DNA of 64,000 nt. It comes from Octopus vulgaris. Its lineage: Eukaryota. Numbering within the stretch: the first letter of the stretch is position 1; every line of letters begins with the position of its first letter. The translations under genes were made by a program, and so were the position numbers. Shown piece by piece: positions 1 through 12,728 of this stretch. Where the stretch lies: the NCBI GenBank assembly GCA_951406725.2, contig OX597819.1:15686001-15750000 (forward strand). The letters run 5' to 3'. The notes under the pieces are model-generated. The model ran no database searches and was not told where the DNA came from. It saw only the letters and a list, made by a program, of their open reading frames with translations.

Positions 1-89
1 CTTATGTGCTGTGGAAACAGGGTAACTGGATTTATGTGTCCTTGGGCTTAAGGAAAAAGAAAAGAAAAAATGTGTGTATATATTTATGT

Positions 90-413
90 GATACCCGTGC
101 CGGTGGCACGTAAAAAGCACCATCCAAACGTGGCCGATGCCAGTGCTGCCTTGACTGGCTTCTGTGCTGGTAGCACGTAAAAAGCACCAACCTATCGTGG
201 CTGCTGCCAGCCTCCCCTGGCACCTGTGCCAGTGGCATGTAAAAAGCACCCACTACACTCACGGAGTGGTTGGCGTTAGGAAGGGCATCCAGCTGTAGAA
301 ACACTGCCAGATCAGACTGGAGCCTGGTGTAGCCTCCTGGCTTCCCAGACCCCGGTCAAACCGTCCAACCCGTGCTAGCACAGAAAACGGACGTTAAATG
401 AGGATGATGATGA
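90..413 (+). mobile_element. Dispersed repeat family C (RTE-LINE 3'UTR-like), internal GCCGGTGGCACGTAAAAAGCACC sub-repeats, (GAT)n tail
   Basis: GGAAGGGCATCCAGCTGTAGAA motif and CCAACCC..GCTAGCA..GGACGTTAAATGA(GAT)n end. Other copies at ~880-1170, 3845-4010, 15700-15915, 16400-16835, 24588-24865, 27566-27947, 33290-33545. The same sequence follows an RTE ORF C-terminus at 50420-51140. Confidence 0.7.
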
Positions 414-1261
414 TAAATATATATGATCAGAGACAGAAAATGGAATTCACAAGATACTTTATTCATATCCACTACAATTGTTTCAACTTATCCTGTATCT
501 ATACTTCACAGGTGAGATGTTGTACAATCGTCTTGCAGCACACGTGCAGATTGATGAAATCTCTCAAATTGTAAACAATTGTCATTGTTTTACAAGCAAT
601 ATCATTCATTTCCAGTGTTCCGCAGAAACATGTTTGGCCATGGGAAATACTACCTTGCTTGGAAACAGGTGAAGGTTGGCAACAGGAAGTGCACCCAGTC
701 AAAGAAAATCTGCCTCGTTAATGCCATCTGAGCCATGCAATCATGGAAAAACTGATATTAAATGATCTATTAGGAAAAACCCTCTATTGCCCTCTAACCT
801 CTCACTTGGAACAAAACCACTTCCCTCGGTACCACTCACTCTCCCAACCAAGAAGGCCTTAACTCACAAGGTGCTTGGTGACCCCACTGGTGTTGGAACC
901 ACGTAAAAAAGCTCCCATGCTGGTGCCACATAAAAGGCACTCAGTATACTCTGTTAAGTGGTTGGTGCTAGGAAGGGCATTTGGCTGTAGAGAGAAAACC
1001 AAAACGGACAATGGAGCATGATGCAGTTCTCTGGCTTGCCGGATCCTATAAAACTGTCCAACCCATGCCAACATGGAAGCTGGACGTTAAATGACGACAG
1101 ATATATGTGTGTGTATGTCTCACCCATGCCAGCATGGAAGGCAGACATTAAATGATGATGATGATGATACTGAATTAGTGCTTAAGTCATCCTATTGGGT
1201 GATCATGATTAATTGTAGTTTTCTTTGATAAAATCTTTCATGTTGTATTTGTTGATATATT

Positions 1262-1497
1262 CATTATTTACATTTGATGGATATTTGTCCTTATCTTGTT
1301 TGTTGTTAACACAATGTTTCAGCTGATAAACCCTCCAGCCTTCATCAGGTGTCTTGGGGACATTTCGAACCAGGGTTCTCATTCCTAAGGTATTTTTTGA
1401 TGTTATTATTATTATTATTATTTAGGTCACAGCCTGGAATTGAACTTGGAATCTTGGGGTTAGTAGCCCACGCTCTTAACCACTATGCTATATGCTC
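1262..1497 (-). mobile_element. tRNA-headed SINE-like element with a hammerhead-ribozyme motif in its 3' part
   Basis: Minus strand: A box TAGCATAGTGG, B box GTTCAATTCC, (AAT)n linker, then gacac-CTGATGAA-ggctg..cagct-GAAA-catt-gtgtt. Second copy at 58333-58625. Confidence 0.65.
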
Positions 1498-2224
1498 GTT
1501 GATATATTGTTCAAACAAGTTTCTTGCTTATGGAGCAGTTTGGAGAGTATAGCATCCTGTCATTTAAGACTTGTGTTTTGAATCACAGGGGTGTCGTATA
1601 TATACACACACACACACACGTGGAGCCCCCTAGCACTGTGGAGATAATAATTTTTTCATAGAATTTAGCAGGATTAAATGTTTGAAGTTGAAATTAAAGA
1701 ATAAGGAAAACGGTGCCTAGGATATACATATTTAAAAATTTTACTTTGCTAATTTATTACAAAGGTCTCAAAGTCTTTAGTAATCATGTACATACATACA
1801 TAGATATATAATTAGTGCTTTAGCACTCATTTTTCATCCCATCTATAACCTATTTAAAATGGTAATGGTGCTTAGATTTTCTGTATCCAAATTTTGTCCT
1901 GATAACATTTTATTTATGTCATTTGAATTAACTACATATTTTTGTATATTAATTAAGTAATTATATTGATTGTGATGTCTACTTCAAGTTCTAGTGCAGA
2001 ACTTAAAATGAAATTTTGAAATATCAATGAAACCTTTGCCTATATATATATACATATATATACACTGGAGTAAGCACATAAATGTGAAACAAGGTGGAAA
2101 AAAGAGTACTCAAATACCAGAGGTAGAGTAATATGCTTTATTTAAAAGCAGCAGAAATATAACGAACGGGAACGTGAAACTCTGAGTAACAGCTTTTGTT
2201 ATATTTCTACTGCTTTTAAATAAA

Positions 2225-2262
<38 letters not shown>

Positions 2263-2315
2263 CAGGGTATGCAGGACTATTTTATCCTCATATGGAACAA
2301 TGGGTGCTGATAGTA

Positions 2316-3357
2316 TCAGGTCATTCTGAATGAAATATCTGATTTTGAACTGAAAGTTTATTTTACTTTATCTCAACAAAAAAACAATGTTGTTAATCAA
2401 AGTATGCACCTAAATTATCAACACAATTTTGCCATTTTATCTGTAGCTTATTTATGTCATTAGCGAAGAATTCTGGAGAGCAAGAGGTGATGAAATAACG
2501 AAAAGTTATTTTAGTTGATGTATATATCCACTGTAATTCACTTAGCAGGTCTCATGAAGCTGTAGTGGATGACACTAGTGCTGGACCACCAAACAGACAC
2601 CATTAGGTGTTTTTTTGGTAAGCATTCATTTTGGATTGAGTTTTTGCACTTCGTCTATATCCAACTACCGTGCAGAACGCTTGCCTTTGTTGAAAAATAT
2701 CTATTTTCACCACACGTAACAATACGATGCAAAAATGGTTCGATTTTTTGCCGTGACAGCAAAAAACAGCAAGTTTCAAGACAACGTGTCATTTGATGAT
2801 CGTTCGGTTCGTGTGGTACCTACTTGTTCAGCTTCTTTACCTTGTCGATTTATTTCAGATGGTCCAATACAGTTGGAATTGAAGCATCAAACCTTGCTAC
2901 TAACTCACGCGAAGTTTGAGATATATCCGCTTCCACTAGAGTTTTCAGCTCTTCATTATCTACCATGGTCTCAGGTTTAACACGGGGCTGATTTTCAAGA
3001 GTAAAGTCACCAGACCGGAACTTCTCAAACCTCTGATGTACAGTGCGCTCATTCGCAACAACTTCACCAAACACGTCATTGATGTTTCGAGCTGTCTGGG
3101 GTGTATTGGTTTCATGACGGAACTCATGTTCATAAACAACACGAGTTTTTTTTATCTATCCATGGGTTCACAAAAATTGATTTACAAGAGAAAACTCACT
3201 CTCAAATATAATCAGACACCATGAATTGCTTTTCGAAAAGTGATGATGTAATTCTTCAATGTTGTAAAACAAAGAATTGTCAGGATAAAGCATTAGAGTT
3301 AACAACTGTCAAACTTAGTGCATAAGAAAATCAGACATCTCATTCTTAACAACCTGG
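2316..3357 (-). mobile_element. Decayed, internally deleted mariner (Tc1/mariner) DNA transposon
   Basis: Imperfect ~29 bp TIRs (CAGGTCATTCTGAATGAAATATCTGATTT / AAATCAGACATCTCATTCTTAACAACCTG), TA at the left end, transposase remnants inside. Confidence 0.85.
2380..3163 (-). pseudogene. Mariner transposase pseudogene
   Basis: HTH region ...TARNINDVFGEVVANERTVHQRFEKFRSGDFTLENQPR..P..VDNEELKTLVEAD; degenerate WVPHEL (reads *VPHEP); stops and frameshifts; catalytic domain partly missing. The lower boundary is approximate. Confidence 0.8.
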
Positions 3358-3639
3358 TCTTATAGAATGTACTTTGTCCACTCTAAACTTGCTGGTAATA
3401 TGAGGAGCATAGAGTTATAGAAATGCCAAAATGGAGCATATGAGCAGGATATGGACTTTGCAAGTTGCATCATAGATTATGCATGTATTGGAACAGTAAC
3501 TCTGAATTAAAACTGATAGAGGTTAGAGAAGATTCGTTAGTCCTCATAAACGAGGCAAATTGTCTTGTACCAGTGGTCAACACAGTTTGATTCGCACAAA
3601 TTTGGCCAGTGATCTTTGGTTTTTTATGTTTGTCTGGTG

Positions 3640-3840
3640 ATTTGGACACTGCAGCAAGTGATGTGACTTGTATGTTGGGCCTTACAGAGGAAATGACGAA
3701 AGACAGAGACCTCTGGAGATATGCTGTGACTGAGAAGACCTGACAAATAAAGTGAGATCACAGCTGTAACCTATACTTGTGTGCATAAGCAGCCAACTCA
3801 AAAGTACCTCTGGATCATAGGGCGACATGCCGTGCTTGAG
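3640..3840 (+). mobile_element. RTE LINE 3' fragment
   Basis: Translates to LGLTEEMTKDRDLWRYAVTEKT*, an RTE-type ORF C-terminus similar to the one at ~50830-50900 (-). Confidence 0.6.
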
Positions 3841-4809
3841 ATGGCTGCACCAGGCTCCAGTCTGATCTGGCAGTGTTTCTACAGCTGGATGCCCTTCCTA
3901 ACACCAACCACTACGTGAGTGTAGTGGATGCTTTTTACGTGCCACCGGCACAGGTGCCAGGGGAGGCTGGCAATGGCTACAATCAGTTGGTGCTTTTTAC
4001 GTGCTTTTTATATACGTACACACATATTTATCATTATCATTTAATGTTTGTTTTCTATGCTAGTATGGGTTGGGTGGTTTGATTGGAGCTAGCAAGGCTG
4101 GAGGGCTGCACTAGGCTCTATTTGTCTGTCTTGATATGGTTTCTATGGCTGGATGCCCTTCCTAATGACAACTACTTTACAGAGTGTACTGGGTACTTTT
4201 TATGTGGCACCAATGCCCATGGGGTGACCAAGTAGCTTGTAAGATAAGAACATATCAGCTGAGAGAAGGAGGGGCAATGAAAGAAATGGCAGTGTGCCAG
4301 GTGAGAGGCTGGAGTATGATAAAAGGGCAGGAATGGCCGTCTTACTGCAGAGATACTTGGCAACCCATTAGGACAAGGAAGGGGAGGGAGAGAAAGATAG
4401 AGACAGTCAGAGTGAGAGGAGGAGCAAACAGTTGGGAGGAGTGTAAGTAGTACAGAAGGGATAGAAGAGCCGTTCCATAAGAGTGTGGGGAAGAGATATT
4501 TAGAGATAGCAAGCGATGGTGAGGGAAACTAGAGGGAGCTGCAGTGGGAGGTGGGGTGATGGCTTGAGGGTGGGTTTTGCCAGAGGACAGAATTATGTGG
4601 GTGTGAAGGGAAGGTGGGGGTCAAGGCTGTAAAGAACATACCTGTATGTATGGATGGCCATGGTTTTATTAGCTTGATGTGTCTTCTCAAGCACAGCAAA
4701 TCACCAGCTGCAATCACTCATCATCTTCTCTGTGAGGCTCAACCTCTGAAGATTATTTCTCACCTCTTTATTTCACTTCTTCCTGGACCTGGACTCCACA
4801 TTTTGTCGG

Positions 4810-5100
4810 ACAGCAGAGGTCTCAGTGTTGAGGGGGATCTGAATGGCAGGACTCACGTACACTGACGATTTGGTCCTCATCGCAGGGTTGCACGATGGTC
4901 TCCAGGCTTTTGTGGATAGATGCCTGGAGTTCTGTCGTGCAGTCAGACTGGAAATCAACATCAGTAAGTATGCGTGGTTCTCCATTCGCAGCTGGGTCAA
5001 GTCATGTCTTGTCAACGATAGCACTCTGCTGAGTCTCGATGGTATTGTGATGAAAAAGGTAGAACCGGGAGAGTTGTCCCACCTAGGACTTAATGTTCCT
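4810..5100 (+). mobile_element. Degenerate non-LTR reverse transcriptase fragment (YADD region)
   Basis: AGLTYTDDLVLIA...LQAFVDRCLEFCRAVRLEINISK matches RT domains 5-6 (LAYADDLVL...GL.IN..K). Confidence 0.65.
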
Positions 5101-5140
5101 ACATGGATTTTTCTCTTCCACGCTACATCTGAGGCCTCTT

Positions 5141-5340
5141 AAAGCTAGTTTTTCTTTTAAATCCTCTACACTCTGCTCTACATGCACACTGACATTATCC
5201 ATCCAGCAGGGCATGTTGCCTTCCTTCCTTTCGTGTCTTCACATGTCCTCTGCAGTTACAGCCCATGTTTCACTGCCATGTAATATATCTGTTCATGCAC
5301 AAGCATCATATAATCCACCTTTCACTCTGAGGAAGCACGT
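5141..5340 (-). mobile_element. RTE LINE ORF fragment
   Basis: LRVKGGLYDACA*TDILHGSETWAVTAEDM...; the G(S/C)ETW motif is typical of the RTE post-RT region. Confidence 0.7.
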
Positions 5341-5575
5341 GTAATTACCTTTTGGGCATACACTTTTCTTATATACACCTGCATTGACTGTTCTGATTGC
5401 TGATGTTGTTCCCTATATAGACACTTGTACCCAAATAAATTCGGTTTCATATTTGAGGCTTTGATGAAGATGTTACCGAAGTACTCAACTATGAATCCAC
5501 TACATCTTTTAGCAGAAACAGCTGCAAGCTAATGAAGTTCATAAGTTAACCATTTATTCCTTTGTCATCTCTTTT

Positions 5576-5579
<4 letters not shown>

Positions 5580-5606
<27 letters not shown>

Positions 5607-5842
5607 TACACACATACATATATATATACACATACATATATATATGCATATATATATATGTATATATATATGTGTATATATATATATATATATGTGTATA
5701 TATGTATGTGTATATATATATATATGTGTATATATATGTGTATATATATATATATGTGTATATATATATATATGTGTATAAATGTGTATATATATGTGTA
5801 TATATATGTGTGTGTATATATATATGTGTGTATATATATATG

Positions 5843-5877
<35 letters not shown>
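5580..5877. repeat. Compound (TA)n/(TATG)n microsatellite
   Basis: Seen directly. Similar arrays at 18361-18545, 22841-23232, 25971-26369, 56670-56776. Confidence 0.95.
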
Positions 5878-5879
<2 letters not shown>

Positions 5880-5924
5880 TCATCATACACATATGTACAC
5901 ATATGTACATAGCCATAATGATTG

Positions 5925-6105
5925 ACTGCTAGCTCCATAAGCTTTTTTATTCTCTCTCTGTTTATTTCCTCATGTTCCTTTCTGTTGAAGAGCGCAGGTT
6001 CGAAATGTAAAAGACTTTCTTATCTTCCCAAGCATTAAAGTAATACACCTGCTTGTTGTTCATACACCTGTCTCCGTCTTTTATTTCTATGTAAATTTCA
6101 ACTAT
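5925..6105 (+). mobile_element. Short TA-flanked element with degenerate minimal hammerhead (Penelope-like remnant, family H1)
   Basis: cttt-CTGTTGAA-gagc-gcag-gttc-GAAA-tgta-aaag at 5978-6013. Relatives at ~12195-12370, 27350-27565, 50268-50405, 56150-56340. Confidence 0.55.
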
Positions 6106-6124
6106 ATACATACATACATATATC

Positions 6125-6157
<33 letters not shown>

Positions 6158-6255
6158 TGATGGAATTGTAGGGTTGCTGGTATGACATGTGTCTGGGGAA
6201 TTTAAAACCAAGTACATCCAATATCCCTCCAGCTTTGTATACATGTCATTTCTTC

Positions 6256-6286
<31 letters not shown>

Positions 6287-6792
6287 AGAAAGAGAGAAGC
6301 GAATTGATTCCGGTACTTGAATGGTACTTCAGTTATCGGCATCGTAATGATGGTATACCTCAGCAGGATTTGAACTCACAACAAGCGGAACTGGAATGAA
6401 TAATGCAAAGCATTTTGTCTGACATTCCAATGACATAATTTCAGTGGCATTTGAAAGTGTGTGTGTGTGTGTGTGTGATTGTCTTTCCCATCTATATTTT
6501 CTTTAATGACTTTGCACTTAAAGATCTAAAATAGTAGCACTGTTTGGATTGTGCCATTGTTGTCATCTGCCATAAAGTCATGTTTGGCCAGCTGTTGTAT
6601 GGGTCACTATTACAAGGAGAACAACAATGGGTCCATTATTTGCAAACAAGGTTTGGCAACAGGAAGAGTATCCGGCCACAGAAAGCTGTCTACACAAATT
6701 CTGTAACTCACACCACCATGGAAAGAGGAGACATTATAATAATAATAATGATGTGTGTGTGTGTGTGAGAGAGAGAGAATGAGAGAGAGAGA

Positions 6793-6828
<36 letters not shown>

Positions 6829-8339
6829 GTGAGTATGTATCTTCTTTATCTTTACCTTTTGTTTCAAGGCTCTGCCTTGAAGGATTTCATACCCCCCAAA
6901 AAAGCCAACCTCAGTACTGAGTTTTCTTCTTTTATGTTTGATATATATTCTATTGGTCTCTTTTGCTGAACTGCTAAGATATGGGGATGTAAACAAACCA
7001 ACACCAGTTGTCAAGTGCTGGGTGGGTCTTTGAGACATAGACATACAGACATGTATACACAATCATGCAGACACACATGCACACACATATACACACACAT
7101 AAATATAAGATAGGCTTCTATACAGTTTCCGTTTACCACTCATGAAAAATTTGCTTAGTCTGGAGCTATTGTAGAAGACACTTGTCCAAGGTGCTGTGTA
7201 GTCAGATTGAACTCAGTACGATATGATTGCAAAATGAATGTTGTGAAGGCTCACAAACTAGTGATTAGAATATTGGACCTCAGAATTATAAAGTTGTGGT
7301 TTCAATTCTAAGACAGGGCAGTGCATTATACTTTAGCAAAAACACTTCATTTTGTGTCTCTCTAGTCCACTCTGATGAAAATAAGTACCAGTAATGTTTT
7401 GGGGTTGGGGTAACCCAATGGACACATTGGTGTTACTCCCAGTTACTTATATACCAAAAAAAAAAAAAACTAGGTTAAACTCTTGCTTAATGATATTGTA
7501 GGGATGTGACAGACTTAGATCTAAGGTGTGTGTGTGTGTGTATTTGGTTGTGTCTTGGGAGAGCCATTACACCAATAATAATAATAATAACGTGCACAGT
7601 TTCAAACCCACTTCTTTATTATTAGTCATTTTGTTAAGTATCTAACCGACTAACTCATTCATTGTTTGTTTAATATGTTGGTTTGGCGGTCAATTGGTTT
7701 GTTTGATTGTCAATGTTTCTTTTGTTGCCGATTGCATCCTTTTCAGTGACTCGTGATCTCCGGACTCACTTTGAAGGCTGCTTTCAAATATGTATATATA
7801 TATATGGCTGTGTGGTGAAAAGGCTTGCTTGTTGACCATCTGGTCTTGGTTTCAGTCCTACCATGTGGCACCTTGGGCAATTGTCTTCTACTATATCCCT
7901 GGGCTATGAGTTGAGATTTGATAGTTAGAAACTGGAGGAATCCTATTATGTGTGTGTGTATGTGAGTGCACCTTTGTTTTGACATGATGTGACAGCTGTA
8001 AACAAGCATCACTGTCAGCCAAGCGATGACTTGGAACCAAGTGGAGGTTGGAGACAGGAAGGGTGTCCAGCTGTAGAAAATCTGCTTCAGTAAATTCTGT
8101 TTGACCCCTGCAAAGCATAAATAAGTGGACATTAAAATATGAGTGATGATCATGTATTGTAAAATAAATCTAAGATTGCAGCTTAAATGTGTTAATAAAT
8201 CAAATGGCATGAAATACTCTAGACAGTTGTAAACAATCTCTCTTACGTACAGTCTCTGTATGAACACGAAAAGAAAATTTTAGATGTCTTGTGTGTGTGT
8301 TACAGCATCAAAACAAACACTGCTTCATTTGTTAAGAAC

Positions 8340-8380
<41 letters not shown>

Positions 8381-8847
8381 CTGTGTGTTAAGATATACTT
8401 ACAACATCACCCTAACAACACTATCTCTCCCATTCTGTCTAGACATATCTACAACCATCCTAACAACACTTTCTCTCCTACTCTGTCTAAAAGTATAAGG
8501 TTACAGAAGCATCAATAAGCTTGCTAGCTTCAAATGCTGTACTCAGATGTACAGAGGAAAAGGTAATTCCAACAAAGTCTACCTTCTCCATATCTATTTG
8601 AACCAACTCCAGAGGGCGCCTCTGTGTTGTTATGTGCTTTGCTACATATAGTAGCCAAATTTCCCTCAAATAACACTCTACCATTTTAAAAAGAACGACA
8701 GAGTTCAGTTAGTTCAGGAATGTAGAATCTTAACATTTTGACCATTGTCCTTCATCCGGAGTGAGGAGTGGTGTTGTTGCTAGGGTTTTTAGTAAGCATT
8801 GCAAATGCAGACCATCACCAGTTTACCTTGATGTAGCTTTTTGGTTT

Positions 8848-9246
8848 GGCTGTGGTTAAGAAGTTTGCTTCCCAGCTGCATGGCTTCCCGGTTAAATCTC
8901 AGTGTGTGGCATCTTCAGCAACTGTTTTCTACTGTAGCCCTGGGCTGACCAAAGCCTTGTGAGTGGATTAGGTTGAGAGAAACTGAAAGAAGCCTGTCGT
9001 GTGTGTGTGTGTGTGTGTGTGTCTCCTTGTCTTGACATTATGTCAGTGTTGTAAATAAACACCATATGTTTCCAATATCCTGTGAAAAATGTTTGGCCAC
9101 TGAGAATGATTACCTTATTTGGAAACAGGTAAAGGTTGGCAATAAGAAAGGCATCTGGCTATAGAAAATCTACCTCACCAAATTTCATTTGGCCCATGCA
9201 AACGTGGAGAAGCGAACGTTGAAAAACATTGATGGTAATGATGATG
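8848..9246 (+). mobile_element. tRNA-derived SINE, family A head with RTE-like (GAT)n tail (subfamily A2)
   Basis: Head GGCTGTGGTTAAGAAG..GACCAAAGCCTTGTGAGTGGAT, internal (GT)n, tail GGAAACAGG..GGCATC..CCCATGCAA..GATGATG. Copies at ~7805-8150, 13250-14175, 24915-25260, 31477-31876. Confidence 0.7.
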
Positions 9247-10707
9247 CAGTGTGTGTGTAAATGAGATGACTTCTGCTGAAACCCTTTTGATAATAGGTCT
9301 ACTGGATTGCTGTAGCTGACCTCGGGCTACTCAACAATCACCTTGACCACTAAATATTCCAATGGTGATGATGTTATTGCTGCTTAGCTCTTGGTCTGTT
9401 GTGACCGAGAAGTGAAAGATATTGAATCCATGGACTTCTCGTTCCTTTTTCGAGTATTGTACATCTCAGATCACGTTATCCAAGTATTCCAAGTCAGTAG
9501 AATATATTATATTAACATTTGGTTGCTATTTCCAGCAAGCCAAGCAACTACATAGAAGTTCCCTCATCAGCTTGTTGATGCTGTTTCGTTTTGTTTTGGT
9601 TTAACCCCAGTTCAACCTAATCTATCAGACCTAAGGTCAAAGATACTCCATCCATGGTAACCCTCTATTGAGGTGTGCATCATCCACTGTTTCCGAAATA
9701 TTTGGCTGCTATTTCTAGCAAGTGGATTGATTATATAGAAGCTTCCTTGTAGGCTGATCTTTGATACTTTAGTTGCAGCTGGAAATGTAAAATACATTAT
9801 ATATCATCATCATCATCATCATCATCATTTAACATCCATTTTTCCTTGCTGGTATGAGTTGGATACTTTGAAGACTGCACCAGGTTCTGTTGTCTGCTTT
9901 GGTATGGTTTCTATGACTGGATGCCCTTCCAAATGTCAGCCACTTTACAGTGTGTATTGAGTGCTTTTTGCATGGCACCAGCACTGGAGGCAGGGGTCAC
10001 CAAGAAACATAGCAAGACAAAGACCCCCTTAACTAGGATTGGGAATAGTATTTAAGAAGATGGCTTTTTTCCAGTTGATGAGAAGTGGAAAAGTATAATA
10101 AGAGGGATTGAGATAGGGGTCTTAACTGTAGAAGAGATTACATGGCCATCCCAGTTGGAAAAGAAAGAAAGAGGGACAGAGTCAAAGATTGAGAGAGAGA
10201 GAGAGAGAGAGATTTCTGAAGGAGTTTTGTTTTTATTTTTTACTTATGACCAACAAAATGAATTGAGAATTGTTCTCATAATTTTATGATCTTGCCTGTG
10301 CTCAAACATTCCTCGGTGGAAAGGTTTTCTCTCATAGGCAATATTTGTGCATTTACTCCAGATTGATATAATTATAAATTTTTAACAACATCCATACCTT
10401 CCGAACCTCTATGCTGATCATCATCTTTGAGTGTGTCTTCAAACTTGTCATTATTGTTGCTGAAATAATCATTAATTCAGTTTGTTTTGTCATCACTTGA
10501 TTCAGTATTCTAGTTTGCAAACAACCTTATGAATCTGTGTCTTCATTTAATGTCTAGTCTGTTTTTCTATGTTGGCATGGGTCAGGCAGGTTGACAGGAT
10601 CTGATGAGCTGCAGATCTGCCTTAAGCTCCAATGACAGCCTTGGGTTGGTCTCTGCAGTTGAATGTTCATCCTAAAGCCAACCACTTTACTCTGTATATA
10701 ACACAAA

Positions 10708-11124
10708 TACTCTTTTACTCTTTTACTTGTTTCAGTCATTTGACTGCGGCCATGCTGGAGCACCGCCTTTAGTCGAACAAATCGACCCCGGGACTTATTC
10801 TTTGTAAGCCCAGTACTTATTCTATCGGTCTCTTTTTGCCAAACTGCTAAGTGACGGGGACGTAAACACACCAGCATCGGTTGTCAAGCAATGCTAGGGG
10901 GACAAACACAGACACACAAACACAGACACACAAACACACACACACACATATATATATATACATATATATGACAGGCTTCTTTCAGTTTCCGCCTACCAAA
11001 TCCACTCACAAGGCATTGGTCGGCCCAGGGCTATAGCAGAAGACACTTGCCCAAGGTGCCACGCAGTGGGACTGAACCCGGAACCATGTGGTTGGTTAGC
11101 AAGCTACTTACCACACGGCCACTC
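10708..11124 (-). mobile_element. tRNA-derived SINE family A1, full length, tail (GAGTAAAA)n
   Basis: A box TGGCCGTGTGG, B box GGTTCAGTCC, internal TA/TG microsatellite, conserved tail GCTCCAGCATGGCCGCAGTCAAATGACTGAAACAAGTAAAAGAG. Near-identical to 17424-17844 and 48817-49075. Confidence 0.85.
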
Positions 11125-12728
11125 TAAATGATGCTGAAAATTAATAAACTTACCATATTATTTAACCATGGCACTTGTATCATCTGTTACAACTGCAATT
11201 ATATTGTTTTCCAAATCAAAGTTGGGTTCAATTTTGTTTCTGAAAGTTCAATAACTTTTTCATCAGTTGATCTTCATCCTGCTCCTCCCTATTTGATACC
11301 AGTCTTCCTTGCTGGCATGGATGGGTTGGATGCTTTGACACAATCTGACTGGACGGAGGACTATGATGAGCATCAATGCCTTTCTTTGACATGATTTCTG
11401 TAGCTGGGTGTCCTTCCTAATTCCAGCCATTTCACAAAATGTACTGGGAGCACCAGTGAGATTGCCAGATGACTCATGAAACCCCTGTGAAAAAAGCCCT
11501 TCATGGACAGAGGATAAGAAAGGACAGGTGGGCAAGTTCGTGAAAGTATGAAAGAACAAGGATGACAGATGGTTAGAGATGAGGGTAAAGATGAACAAGA
11601 TGGGTGGTGGGTGTTTGATGGTAAATATCAATAAGGTGTGAGGGGAGGTGAAAGATGTAGGAGTGGCTCAGGAAAGAGAGAGAGGATAAGGGACAGTAAA
11701 GGAAGGGTGGAGAAGAGCTGTAAGCTTATAGAAGACAGGTCAGAAAATAGGGTGATGATGTGCAGGAAGGGAGAGAGAGAGATGTACAGTGATAGGGATG
11801 GAGGTCGGAGGTATGTAGGGGTGGCTTAGTGAGTAGGGGGATAGGAAGGGGGAAGGCTTCCGATGGCACAAATACTAGGGGGTGTTAAAAGATGAGGTAT
11901 TTCCTTAAACCCTGATCATTCCTTACTTTTGTACATACTGCCACATTATAATAAATACATTGTACCGCTTAGACATATTGTTCTGACCCATGCAAGCTTG
12001 GAAAAGTAGATGTTAAAATGATGATGATGATAACCTGTACATAATTATATTAAACGTATATTTGTACACACCTACACACAATCACATATTTGTACATACT
12101 CATACATTTGTGCACCCCCACTACATATGCATATATATTTGTACACCACCACACATTATACATACATTTGTACAAACCCTTGTATATATTGAGACATGTT
12201 TGTTCTTTTCTTTCTCCATTTTTTACTCCCCTCGTCTTTTCTTTCTGTAAAAGAGTGTATACTCAAAATATAAAAGAAACTTTTCCTTCTATTTTTCCTC
12301 AGTGTAAGTCTTATACGCCATTTTTTTTTTTAACCTCATCTTTGTGTATTTTTATTTTTGCACCAAATGTATATCCATATAGATGTAATTATGCTACACA
12401 TATCTATATATGTGTATATGCATCCACGCATAATGATGTTATTTGTACAAGCCTACACATAATTATATATACATTTTTACACACCCACATCCTATACTTA
12501 CCTGGCTACATGTCCACACATAATATATACTTTTATACACACCCATATCTCCTTTCTTATAGAAAATGATCAAATGAATGAGGTGTTGGCCCAGTTGATC
12601 AACATCTCAAAGTCTACTTGAAGCTCTTTTGTTGTTGATGTTGTTTAGCCCAGTTAAGGGCACCAGTTGAGCAGGTCTGTGATCACTGGTGCTCCATGTG
12701 TCTGTTGTATATGTATTGATATATTTGA

